NCBI GenBank assembly: GCA_049724395.1
Contig: JAUGWO010000012.1
Coordinates: 62,001 to 126,000 of the forward strand
Direction of reading: 5' to 3'
Source of the DNA: Spongospora subterranea f. sp. subterranea
Lineage: Eukaryota
Length of the DNA stretch: 64,000 nt
Part shown: piece by piece, positions 1 to 12,434 of the stretch
How positions within the stretch are numbered: position 1 is the stretch's first letter
Layout: every line of letters begins with the position of its first letter
Notes under the pieces: generated by a model
What the model saw: the letters and a program-made list of their open reading frames with translations, nothing else
Told to the model about the DNA's origin: nothing
Databases searched by the model: none
Program-made: the position numbers and the translations under genes

Positions 1-3000
1 GCGTCGCCTGAGCATTGAACGGCTCCAAAATCGTGAGGTCGTTATGGTCGATGATCGCCAGTCCGGTCATGGATAAAGATAGCGGATCGAGAGCGATGGC
101 CGGTAAATGAAAATATATTGTCGGACTCGACCGATAGCCGAAGAGCTCGGGAAGACGCCTGATATGAAATACGTCTTGCAGTGGGACGCAAATTACGATC
201 GGCGATATCTTCACGTTAATTCTCTTAATTTGAAAACGATTCCCACTAGATTCGACTCTGTTTGATAGCGGAGCGACGATCATGTTGCTATCGTCAAAAT
301 TTAGAACATTGAAGGGGGAAACCGCAATCCAGAACAAGTACCGCACCTGTAGATTGTGACAATATAAAGCATATCGAAAAATATGGCGTCCCACGTAATT
401 TTCAATTCCGACGCCTCAACCTGGGAAACATTGTCAGCAATACTAACAGGATTGGCCTCAAAGTTTTGGACCATAACGTGTTGCGATGTGGTAAACGAGA
501 AATTGAGACACGGGGTCCTGGAAGTGGTGATAAGATCGCGCTTTTGGCCCTTTCTCGCAATAGAACACGATAGTTGATAGATCGAGGCCGAAATCGTAGA
601 AGGACTTGTGCCAGAAAGATCCAGCCTCCTTATACAAAACGACAATGTGGAGTTGGATAACATTGCATCATACGACATGATGGACCGTGTTGGGCGCATA
701 TTTATTAGGGCAGAACGAAGGAGAATCGGGGGCAGAAAAACCTCGCAAGCCCCTATATCGAAGAACGCAAATTAGAGAACCAAACAACGGCGGCAAATCA
801 GCAAAAGAAAGAAGCGGATCATGATTTGGACAATATTACCAGCGGAGGCGGCAAAAATCAGCGTTAAAATATAGAGGAACTGAAGGGAGAACGCGGCCAT
901 GATGCTGTCAACGGCAATGGAAAATGTTGAAAAATCATGAGCTGATACGGAAACGTCGATATCGTCAACGCTCGCGATAATCAAATCCGTAGCAGAGTCA
1001 ATATACCGGTGCCGTTCGAGCACAAGTTGATGAGCCTTTCCACAGACTCCTGAACACGATAGCGTCGATGTAGCTTGTAATCCATATCTCAGCGACAAGT
1101 TCATTAGCTACAAATTCATAAATTATATATACGGAGCACAAGCAGCGGTTTTACCTGGATTGATACTGCGTTCATGTCGCTATGAAAATCGTCCCGTTTC
1201 CATTCTGATGCGTCGTCTAGTTTCACGCAGGTGAACAATCTCCCGATGAAAACATCGCAGCTGTCGATGATCGGTTTGGCGGTGGCCATTCCTTCAAGCG
1301 CTTTTTCTTCTCGGTCAAGAACAATAGAGAACTTCGACAGCTCGGTGAGGAACGTTGCAGAAGACGATGCCTTCAAATTGGCTAAGAAAACAGCCGAGTT
1401 GATATATAGGCAGGATCTGATATTATCAACCGATTTCGTCAAACGATATGAAATTCCAACATCTCCGTCCAGGGCGTAACTATCAATATTTTGATATTGA
1501 CAGGTCAAACCACTTTGCTCAACGGCGACCATATAAGATTTCCATTGATCGGAAGTGTCGATCAGATCCCCGATAAATGGCATGTATTCAACCGAGTCGG
1601 CATCGGAAGAGACTACCATTGTGGGAAGCAACGTCGCCTGATTAACCAGTGTTATCGAGCGAATATGCAGCGCTAATTGCTGCTGTAACAGTGCATGCGA
1701 CACAGCAACTGCTAAACCACGAAAGCTAAATGCAGCAAAGATGTGCGAGTTGTTGGATAGCTGGAGGGTTAACGTTGGAACGTGAAAAGTGAATACGACA
1801 GTCCCGGATGGCGCTGAGCTACCTAAACAGAGGTTAAAAATTGATGGTGTTGAACGTAAAAGAGCAAAACAAAGACCAATATCGACAAAGTTCGAATCGT
1901 CAGGCACAGGCCCAGCTAATATATCCCACGCCCATGATCCCCAAGAATTTCTGGATACAGTCGTGGGTTGATGGGTTGGGGTAGACAATGTTCTGAGATT
2001 ACGATAAGATTGCAGTAACGTGAAAGCAATAACCTTTACGATATATCCGGGAAAACAGCAACGATAGACTCAGCGTTCGGGGAGGCAAGACTGCTGGAAC
2101 TCGGGGTTGCAATAACAACCCTGGTAGGAGTTGGTGGAATTAATAGCGTAAATAGCTTTAGATGTGTCGGGCTGATGATGATTTCACAGGGAGAAAAAGC
2201 AGAAATCTCCACCTGGAAACATCAAACATGTGTTGAAGTCAGAGACGAAGTTCAAGAAACCCCAGTCAAACTTACATGAGCCTTCGGTCCAGCATCACAA
2301 ATTGGCAAAGTAATCGATGTACGATGGACAAATCGCGTTGAAGGTGATTGAAACACACGGCAGCGAACCTCAATATCTGGCCAGTACCCTTAGTGCAAGC
2401 TAAATATTTCGTACATGCGGAAAGAAACGTACCTAAATCGCGAATAACGGCCTCATCAAATGAGATAGTGGGGCTCGAATCCTGATCATCTGCGCTCAAA
2501 ACAGACGTAGTGAATAGCAATAACGCATACCAAATCGACACCGAAAATGATGTGAGACATCGTTATCAAATAGTGCGACAGTTTCCATGGAGGTGACGGC
2601 GGATCGACTTGAACCACGTTCCATGAAGAATCTGTGGACTGAACCGACAATGAATCGACCCTTAGACAGGCTCTAGCACAGTCCGGCCCCAATAAAATGA
2701 ACTCCAAATCCACAACGCTAAGTGCAACATTGGCAATTATTCGCGCTAATCACAAAGTATTCAGATGAGAAAGATCCACAGTCCAACATGAAACCTAATA
2801 GGGATTTAGTCCACGACCCTGACGCAGCATCTTTATCAATGAATGATTTTTCATCGTCTGCAACGGATTCCTCTGGAAATAGTTCTGGAGGCTGTAAAGG
2901 AGAAGTTCCCGAATCCGTGGACGGCTCTGGTTTCCTGAGTAACGGATCCAGCGTCGCCACAAAATTGACGCCCGACAAAGTGATTTTGACACTTGACGTA

Positions 3001-3450
3001 GTAATTGCGGTCCATGGAATATTGATGCGAAGTCTAAACAGGAGCGATGTCAGAAATGCAAATGAAAATTAGAACCGCGTCGTGGTTTTACTCGGCGATT
3101 GAAGCATGATCAAATCTAATACCATGATCATGACCAAAAATCGACTACCAAAATAATCAATGTTGAAGATCCGGAAAAGTTTTCAAAAGCGAAATTACGG
3201 ACCTGGAGGACATCAATCCTAAATTCCACTCCTCTCAAGACTACATCCCCTCCTGAAATTCACTATAGCATTAAGAAATTGATTCGCTCAGATGCCGCCA
3301 CGATCGTGAGGCAAATTCAATAATTGAATCGTGATGGGCTGATCAATTACCCCAGAGAGATAAGTTCAGATTTGGATCGATCTTCACCAGGTAATTATGA
3401 GCCAAACTCATAATGAGGCCCGATAGTGTCCTCTGCATCCCGCCCAACAT
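1..3450 (-). CDS. VPS13B: VPS13 family (VPS13B-like) lipid-transfer protein, 5' part, multi-exon, appears to run off the left edge
   Basis: Manual splicing from ATG 3450 gives MLGGMQRTLSGLIMSLAHNYLVKIDPNLNLSLWG|GDVVLRGVEFRIDVLQ and later LRINIPWTAITTSSVKITLSGVNFV. This is the Chorein_N pattern; LSLWGGDVVL is typical of VPS13B. Minus-strand ORFs 2718-2978, 2486-2713, 2272-2541, 1116-1988, 772-1104 and 301-699 fit as downstream exons. Confidence 0.8.
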
Positions 3451-4074
3451 GGTTTACTCATGTAAAGAGCGGAACGACGACAGTCCCGCCTTCCCGAGAT
3501 TCCAAGCCGCACTCCACTTTCTTCCTTCTAAATTTGAATTACTACCGTCTTCACCCGAATATTGCGCCTAGGCGCTTTGATCGAATAGTGCGTATATGGG
3601 CGCACTATTCTAGGCGTTGTATTGCAGGTTAGGCCACCAACTTTCTTTCCCCGACGTCCAAGTAGGTGTATTACATTGTACCGGTACTCAATATGATATG
3701 TTGAGTGTGAGTATGACGGTCGGAGGTGCGGTCTTGACACTCTTGCGTAATAAAGACAGGTTTTCTTCTGTAACAATGGAGAGTGCCGAGCACGTCAGAA
3801 CAGTCGGATTATTCCAGTAAGACCTTGGGCGTCGCTGCCAACTTCATGACGCGTGCGGAGAGCAACTATCTCACGAAGTTCACCTTCCAAGGAGATGAGG
3901 ACCAACCGAATGCCAATCATGTGCATCTACAGCGGATTGGTGATTATTTTACTATGAAATGTATTTCTTCTAATTAACGTGGAGCGAAGTAATCGGCGAG
4001 TGGTGGAGGTTGAAGTGCGTTCAGAGGACTTCTTTCGGCGATTATCAGTTGCTGTGAGATCATTTGTATTGAAT

Positions 4075-5848
4075 CATATCAAATTATGAATCATATTGAA
4101 TGAATTAGAAAAAGTACATTCCATTGTGAAATAATCACCAATGCGCTGTAGATGCACATGATTGATATTCGGTTGCTCCTCGTCTCCTTGGAAGGAGAAC
4201 TTTGACAAAACTTTCGCGTTGTCGTCCAGTGTAGACACCACAACTTGAAGAAACGAGATAAGCCAAAGACTTCACATTCGCCGGCAACACCGTCACCGCT
4301 CTTGATGGCGTTAGCATCATCGATGGAATATACATCCTTCAGTTCCGGAAGCGTGAGAATATAGTCGACAACGCTGTCTATCACGGCGATGACATCTTCA
4401 TCATCCTCCGAAACCATTCCTACCTTGTATCGGTAGATGCAGGCGAACAAACTGGTAGTTGTGTCAAATGGGAGGTAGAAGTCTGGCTCAGTGATATGCA
4501 TGCAAGGTAGGGTCGCGTACTCCGATTCCAACAAGTCTCCAAATTCTTGTTGCCAGGCGACAGGATCGAAGTCGGAGTGGAACAGGGCCTTCAAGGGGGG
4601 ATGCAACAACTCGACATCGAATTCGGAGGGATGGCATATGTCACAGACCTTGAAAGCCTTTGCCATATCCGCATCGAGCCTACTCTCTTGCCAGTCCAAT
4701 ATCCATCGGGAAACCAACTTGTACGGCGGAACCTTGACATTTCCTTGCTTGGTCTGCAAGTCCGGGTTTCCGAGCGCGCGAGCAACATATCCATCATAGC
4801 GATCATTGTAAAACTGCTGGAAGGGTCGGTTGATGCCAACATCGAGTGGTTGTAAGATGTTCGTCATGTTTGCCGGAACAATGGCAACGTACACGTTGTA
4901 TTTCTCAAGAAGCTTCTCGTTGAGCATCTTGAGGTGACATGCGAAAGAATCGATAATATACAACACTGGCTCTCGGCAAAACGCCGTTTGAACCCGTTTC
5001 AGCACAACGTCTTTAGCATGCTGCAGCAAGATCGCATCAGACCACATGCCCGTCTTGTTCACGTCGACAAGCATTCCTTCTTCACAAACCGGCTTGTTTT
5101 TTTAACTTTGAAAACAAAACGTGCGGAGTCAAAAGCTTTCCATCGGATTGAACGGTGAAGGTGGCCGTTAGTCGCTTGTGTGAGCTCCCTTTCCGTAGGA
5201 GCACCTCGCGGCTTCCAATCGTTGTTATCGTCGATTTCGGCTCAGTCTCGAAGTACCTTGGAACTTGGTCCATGTTGATGATATTGCACGGCTTTATATT
5301 GTGCTGTTCAATAACCTGATGAATACTCTTGATCCACGACTGCACGATTTGCCCAGCATTTTCGGGCAAGACCCTTGTGGACGTATGCCGCCTCGACACT
5401 AAATCATGGCGATCTTTGAAACGAGTACACCATCCCTTTGACGCCTTGAAAAAGCTCTCGCCATCCTCGTCACTCTCCTCATCGTTTGGACCATCCGGGT
5501 CACGGTAGAACTGGAGAGCTTTCAGGCGAATATACTGATCCTTGACGCGCAAACCCAGTTTGTTTCGATTCTTCACCCACTCGTGAACACGCTTTTCGAT
5601 GGCATCGAACTTGCACTTGCGCCCCGCCCCCCCCGCCAATCGACGCGATCTGCGAGTTTGCACGGCGTCGTCTTGCAATAGTGCAGTCAACTCGCTACGT
5701 TTACTGATCCAACCTCGCAAAGTTGACGGTGTGACACCAAACCGTTTGGCAACCGCGGCAAAACCCCGGGCACATACTGCGCAACGGCGTCCAGCTTGTA
5801 CTTCACCGTGTAGCTCTTGCGTTTTGTTTCGCGTTCCTGTCCAACCAT
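4075..5848 (-). pseudogene. pogo-type transposase (HTH + CENP-B/Tc5 HTH + DDE_1) with C-terminal extension; at least 3 frameshifts
   Basis: RKSYTVKYKL / AVAKRFGVTPSTLRGW, FKASKGWCTRFKDRH, NMDQVP, IIDSFACH-x-QPLD (35 residues between D2 and D3). Frameshifts near 5765, 5097-5103 (A7 run) and 4245. Confidence 0.9.
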
Positions 5849-5897
5849 TCTTGTTCGGGGATTCAGTATCGAATGATAGTAATTCTGACGCTGAGAT

Positions 5898-6127
5898 CTG
5901 ACGGTTTTGTCGCGCAGTCCGCAACTCAGCTCACACAACAAAGGCGCACAATTCGAATACAACGCCTAGGCATTGTACTATTTCACTAGGCGTTGTATTC
6001 GAGTTTTATGAGACTGACGGTTTTGTCGCGCAGTCCGCAACTCAGCTCACACAACAAGGCGCACAATTCGAATACACAACGCCTAGTCGTTGTATTTCAC
6101 TATGCGTTGTATTCGAGTTTTATGAGA
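5898..6127. repeat. ~115-bp direct tandem duplication in the transposon subterminal region
   Basis: ctgacggttttgtcgcgcagtccgcaactcagc...cgttgtattcgagttttatgaga occurs twice, starting at 5898 and 6013. Confidence 0.9.
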
Positions 6128-6210
6128 AACTTTTAAATACCCTAATTTTTAGTAAAACTTAAATGGAACGCCTACCTAGGCGTAATATTCGGGTGAAGAC
6201 GGTAGTACCT

Positions 6211-6921
6211 ATGTCGCGATGTTTCGGGAAACATGGTACACATTGGCGGCATATTTGTCGACGCGCGGGTAATTTATTGACGCTGGAGTGGGAGTCCCAA
6301 CGCTATGAAGTACGTTGTGGTGAGGGTGCCGGGGATGGGCGTGAGAGTTGGATAGGGCGCCGGATGTTGGCGACCAAGAAAAACGCAACAAATAAACCCC
6401 GGTCCATCCGCATATTGGTTCGCCCGGATTCAATGCTCTAGGGGCTAGACGCTTCTTTTGTTTTGGCAACAAACTCAATGTCAGCGACCTGCATAATTTC
6501 CAAACAGAATTTTTTACTCGCTAACCAACACATTGAACAGTTTTGAATCAAATTACAGTGGTATATCTCTTGGATTAGTCAGAGTTATTTTACGCCAAAC
6601 AGGAGCTGACCCATTCTCAGGCAACCTATGACCTTCCCCTGTAATTCTGGGGTAAAACACAACTTCAATTCGGTGTATGCAATAATGACACTTGAGGTTG
6701 CGCTCAAAGACGAACTTTTGAACAGCTGCTACGTCGTAATTCGGCTATCACAGACAATGTTTCCCAGCGTCAATTACCGACTGACTTTTGAATGGAAAAA
6801 CGAAGTGCACGAGGAGACCCGGACAGTGGGTTCGGTTCTGGCTAAACGCGAACGGCTTCAAGTTCAAACAAAACGTCGTCAAAAACATTTCAACACGCTT
6901 TGGGCCTGCACAAGCAGTTAA
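6211..6921 (+). CDS. possible small multi-exon gene of unknown function
   Basis: Short open segments with plausible GT..AG joins ending in ORF 6628-6921; no motif recognised. Confidence 0.25.
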
Positions 6922-7906
6922 ATACGAGAACGCAAACGTTTGGGATACGAATGATTGTACCATTATCGATTAAATAATTCGGAATTATTGACCATGTAAG
7001 GTTGTTACAGTAATTGTTCAAAAGGGCTGCCAACATAATGAACCATTTACTGGTGATCCAGGCAGAGGCTACCATAGTAGGGCGGCTGTCGCCTTGCCAG
7101 GTTCATGAATTTTGGGTAATACCTGAGCTTGGGCTGATATTCCGGTGGATCTTCTTGGAGATATTTGACCATTTCAAATAAAATCATTTGTCAATATATC
7201 AACATTTTTTTAGATAGCCCAGCCATTTTTAAACCCTGAAAATATAGTGGGGAACCTTGTTTGTAAAATTTCTCATGGCCTTGACCTCACATGGTTCCAA
7301 GGTCCAATAATCTACAAACACTAAATGCAGTGAATCCACGCCCCTCAATCGTCAACATCAACCACAGCCTCCATTATGTATCTGGGGGTTCGTTTGGCAG
7401 GTTAATACACACGTGATATGGTAAAAAAGGTGTGGGAAAATGGCGTGTAATAATGGAAGGGGGGGAGGGGGGCGGCCTTCTTGTATCTATAATGTCACCT
7501 GTGTCGGTCTACCTTACCAGATCGATCGTCGTGTGCCCAGGGAATTGCTCTCATTTCCCTTCCCTTGCCAGCTCATATTCGGCGCAAATCCATCTCCCAT
7601 AACCTATCTTATCAGTCGGGGCGCCCGACCCAATCAGCTCACTCCGCACGAACCAGGGTTTTTAGCCTCCTTCCAACAGGACAACCAACTGAGTCCTTCA
7701 CGGGACCTTAAGCCTGTTCTCAACGGGTTCGTCCATGAAACTCTTTTTTCAATACAGTTTTTATGGCGCTGTTTCAAGTTTTGATTATCTTTCACCAATT
7801 CATCTTTGGAGTTGAATCGGTAGATCAGAAGTCCAGTGTTTTAATGTGTGCGATTATTGCAGAGCACACTGAATTATATAGCGCTGACGAAGGACATCGC
7901 CACGCC

Positions 7907-9223
7907 ATGGGGAATAATATTCGGAAACTCAAAAAAGATGACATCGAGAAGCACTACGAGATCAAGGAGAAACTCGGTACCGGTTCCTTCGCTGTCGTTA
8001 AGCGGGCAACGCAGAAGAAAGATGGCAAAGATTACGCCATCAAAATTATCAAAAAAAAGAACCTGAATGCCGAGGAGCTCGCCACTATACACGAGGAGGT
8101 TGAAATCATGCACAAAATTTGCCATCCCAATGTAGTGTCCTTGATCGAAATCTTCGACACACCCAAGGTTTCGATAGCAACATTTTTCGCAATTGTATTT
8201 TATAACGGACGTTTGAGTGCAGTCTTTATATATGGTTCTTGAATTGCTGGTCGGTGGCGAGCTATTCGAACGGATCGTTGCCAAAGGGTCGTACTCAGAA
8301 AAAGAGGCATCGCATCTGATCAAAAACCTGACGGAAGCAATCAAATACCTTCACTCAATCGGGATCATTCACCGAGATTTGAAACCCGAAAAGTATGTTT
8401 ATGACTTCGTTCTCCTGAAGTGTTTCTAAACAAAAACTCAGCCTACTTTATGCCACGAACGAGAAGATGATTCGCCCATCAAAATAACAGATTTTGGTCT
8501 GGCGAAGTTCACAACAGCCCAATCCGATGCGATGACCACTGCTTGCGGAACTCCTGGGTAAGGAAAGCTGGTATCGCCCTCACCTTGTTCTTTAATGTCT
8601 GCGTTTAACGCACCTCAGCTATGTAGCCCCTGAGATCCTGAAGAACGAACCCTATGATGGATCTGTTGACTTATGGTCGATCGGGGTCATTTTATACATT
8701 CTTTTATGCGGATTTCCGCCGTTTTATGATGAATCTGCGGCCGTTCTATATGCTCAAATCAAACGAGGCGATTACGATTTTCCGGATCCGTATTGGACCG
8801 ATGTATCGTCTGAAGTGAGTCGCCCGCTGCTCCCTGTATACAACTGTGGGTTTAGTGAAGGTTGTTTTCAGGCCAAGAACTTGGTAGGGCGGCTTTTGAC
8901 CGTCGATCCAAAAAAAAGGGCGACGTGTAAGTGCACCCGCAATTTTGCTCGAAGCTCGCTTTTCTCATTCGTCATGTTAGGTGATGAGGTATTGTTGCAT
9001 CCATGGGTGGCCGGGCGACAAAGCCACAGATAAAAAACTGGGTCCCCATCACCACAAGAAGATGCGGGAATTCAACGCCCGCCGGAAATTACGACGAGGA
9101 ATCAATATGGTGATTGCAGTCAACAAACTGACACGGGGTCTATCACAACAGAATTCTCCAATGGAAAAAGGTGGCTCATCACAACATCATTCTCCGATGG
9201 AAAAAAAACACGCCATTCAGTGA
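7907..9223 (+). CDS. Ca2+/calmodulin-dependent protein kinase (CaMK family), multi-exon
   Basis: LGTGSFAVV, YAIKII, HRDLKPEN, DFGLAK, CGTPGYVAPE, DLWSIGV, GFPPFY; C-terminal MREFNARRKL calmodulin-binding-type helix; starts MGNN. Apparent frameshift at 9013-9015. Confidence 0.93.
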
Positions 9224-9310
9224 TTATCAAAATATTGTCAATAGGGAAATTAAACTGGAAAGCTACGAATTCATGTGATTGTTCGACAGGTACTTAAAAC
9301 AATTTTACAT

Positions 9311-10708
9311 TTATCCGCGAAAATTACCAAACAGAGAGAGCCAACCTGGTTGCGATGAAGATGATCCCTCGTGGCCTCGCTCTGGGTCGTCGCCGGCGAA
9401 CGCCAGGATATGATGTTTTGGGTTCCACGATAGTGAATTCATAGCTGATGTACACGGTATGGTCCAAATATGTTCTCCTGAACCCAAGTGTCAATCATTG
9501 AAAATGGCCATCGATTGGGCACAACCGACCATTATCCACACGCGAAATATCAATACGGTGATCTTCGCTGCCCGCGGCAATGAACATACTGTCGTACGAA
9601 AAACTTAGCGTCCTTAGTGGCAGTTCGAGATTGTGGAACGCGCGAAGACAGACGAGGTCTTCGACTGTGTATAGGCATAAAACTGCATCTGCGCCTCCAG
9701 TAGCCAGATACCTAAGACAAAATTGATGTTGGCATTTACGCGGACGTCGATGGAGAATTTACTTGTAGCATGGTGAGAATCCAATGCAATAGCATTGACC
9801 AGTGTGAGCTTCAAAAGAATGAGCGAGGTCTAGCGTCAACTTTGAAACATCATCAGTCATTGCGACCGAACGGATCTACTTATTTAGACATGAGTGGCTA
9901 TCGAGATGTAAAATATAGTGTTCAACCTCGACGACACCTTTGCCGGTGGTTAACAGCAAGGCCGATGAGTTCTGACTCCATGTGATCTCGTTAACTTCAT
10001 TGTCTGATGGGAATTCGCCCATGATCTGTTTGCTGGCGTAGTCGATGATGGAGACGGTATCGCTCTTGTCCCCAACCGCAATCTGATGACGACAACATGA
10101 AACTACAACCCCGCAACGACGACAATGTGGATGTGAATACATATTTCCCATTAGGACTCCATGAAATATTAATATTGGCGCCTTTAGTCTCGACACGTTT
10201 GATCAGTTTTCCTGCCCGAATATCCCAGATCCGAACCGTCTTATCTGTCGAAGCGGTCGCCAGTACGTCTGAAAGATGAAGAAATTAGGAGTGGCTTTTC
10301 AACCATGAATCGTGATATCATACGCTCGTTGTTCGGATCCCAACATAACTGGTTTACTGTTGCCTCATGACCTTTCAGTTCAAGGGCTTTCGCCTATCGA
10401 CACGAATAATTTACCACTAGAGTCATCAGAAGAACGGCATCGATTTTACCTGAAATCCTGATTGGTCCATTGTCCAAATCCTGGCAATCTGATCAACAGA
10501 ACCCGACGCTAGCTGCGTGCCATTGCAGCTCCAGGCTACAGAGTGAACGCTCTTCTTGTGTCCATAGAAATCTTTCCGGGCCATCGCTAAGCCGACGCGA
10601 CATGGTCATCAGAATTACAACCAGGCGCAAAAGCGGTCAACACCAACTGCTGAAATCGGCACTGGGTGATGGAAAGGGTGACGCCAGCGGATTTAGCGCA
10701 GGCGCCAT
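9311..10708 (-). CDS. THOC3: THO complex subunit 3 (Tex1), WD40 protein, multi-exon
   Basis: Spliced translation RKDFYGHKKSVHSVAWSCNGTQLASGSVDQIARIW, EVNEITWS, AHTGQCYCIGF, YLATGGADA, HILAFAGDD. Confidence 0.88.
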
Positions 10709-10826
10709 CGTGGGCGAATATCTTCTCTGTTACACGTGATCAAATTGGGAACGGGTCTTCTGCCCGGAGACAGAGTCCAACTGGGCTGCGCTACTGAAAC
10801 CTGCGCCAGTTTATTGCACAAACCGA

Positions 10827-12260
10827 ATGTTAGCCGAAGGCGGTTCTGTTGTAGCTTCAAATGCACCGAATTTGTCCAAGGCAGCGAAAACAGCCATTGA
10901 TGTATTTCTCGGGAATGCCGGGACGGAAATCTGTGAAGCGTTTGGTGGTGTCGGGTATGGAATTGTTTCAGTGATGCGGATCCCGATTTGACATTTGGCT
11001 CTACTCGTGTCGAAGTATGCACTCCTTCGTCCTGATCATCTTTACCTTTGATATCTGGCCAGGACGCCGAAAGGGTACGCTGCCAGAAATGTGCACTATT
11101 ATCGAAACGCCAATCGCAATCCCGATCGCGTCACGTAGTCAACCGTGTTGAAACTTGTGTAAAGTGCCGTTTTTTGTCAAAACTGCCTTGTTCAAGTACC
11201 CAGAAATCTGTACCTTTGAGTGTGACCGAAGTAGCCAAAACTATTTTCTGATGGCGAAGAAAGCATGAAGGCCCTGATAATGGGAGGTTTGCCTGAGCAA
11301 GTTTCCTCGTTGACGTGGCAGAGACGGAACAAGTTGAGGCAAGAAAACACACCGCGTCGGTGTCGCCAAGGAGGATTTGACTGTGATATTCGATTGTACG
11401 ACCTCATATCATATTCCGGAGGGTGGAAATATCACAGTTTGCCGCTCGATTTGGTGTTGGATTTCAGCATCGGGACGGCAGTTGCAGCGAATGCCCGTTT
11501 ATGTAGATCGTTGTGCGATCCTGCATTTTATGTCAACCTGGTGGTTACCAGTATTTACGACGCCCCGAGTAAATGGTGATTGTCCAAGATCTGCGAGATA
11601 AAAAGCCAGCGGCTTCCCATTAGAGATCATATTTGTCCCACAAACTCGCCAAAGATTGGGAAGCGCATGATCAAATCGGAAAGATCAAACCAAGTTCTGT
11701 GTTCGCATTGCGCCTAACCGCAGGAGGCTGTGGCAGTTGAGAGTTTTTTGAATGGTTTATTGAATATGTCTCACATTTCTTCAAGCTACTCAACGTCGCC
11801 ACACAGTTTTTGCGTAATTTTCCACTGCGTTCAGGTGAAGGGAGATCACAGAATTTGTGTTGGGCTTTTCCGCTTCGGTGTCATCTTTCGGAGAAGGGGA
11901 ATCTCATGAGAAAGTCTCTGGCGCTGTTTGTCCTGAAAATATCGACATCTTTCCGGGTAATTGCAAAATTTTGGCAACGAGCGATCATAGGCCACAGGTG
12001 AGGAAATTTTGCGATCGGGTCGATCACTTGTTCCAAAAAATGTTGTCTATTCATTCACGGCAATTGAAATCAATACCATGTGGGAGCATAGAATTCAAGT
12101 TGTTTTATGTCATTGTGGACAGCTTCATTTGGTAGAAATCAACCCTAATTGGGAATTATCGATGGTAGGTGGGTCATTTGTGAAAACGACTCGCAACTTA
12201 CATCAGCCTACTCGTCTTGACTTCTATTTCTTAAAGCTGGTCAATGACATAAAACAACTC
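10827..12260 (+). CDS. possible multi-exon hypothetical gene divergent from THOC3
   Basis: Several short + ORFs (11048, 11265, 11377, 11857, 12009) with possible splice sites; no family motif recognised and boundaries uncertain. Confidence 0.25.
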
Positions 12261-12434
12261 GAATTCAATAGCTGTACGTTGAATTCCATGCCCCCAAGTA
12301 GTTACTATGTACCTTCGTTAATCCTGTCAAAAGTTCTTCGCCTTCCTAATATTGCGGCAACAAACACTAATTGTTGATCTTTACAGGTACCGTTTTTGCG
12401 GTCAATTGTGGAAGTTTAGTCTGTTTTTCATTCA

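Larger units (their letters stand above)
3545..6202 (-). mobile_element. pogo/Tc2-like DNA transposon (DD35D), degenerate
   Basis: TIR CCGTCTTCACCCGAATATT(G/A)CGCCTAGG at 3545 and inverted ending at 6202, with TA on both flanks (3543-3544, 6203-6204); internal transposase. Confidence 0.92.

Noticed and set aside
2272..2541. Secreted protein with signal peptide MSIWYALLLFTTSVLSA
   Set aside because: The hydrophobic stretch is a translated intron (gtatgc...cgcag) of the VPS13-like gene.
9830..9880. Frameshift or microexon in THOC3
   Set aside because: Re-reading gives an open frame, IRSVAMTDDVSKLTLDLAHSFEAH.
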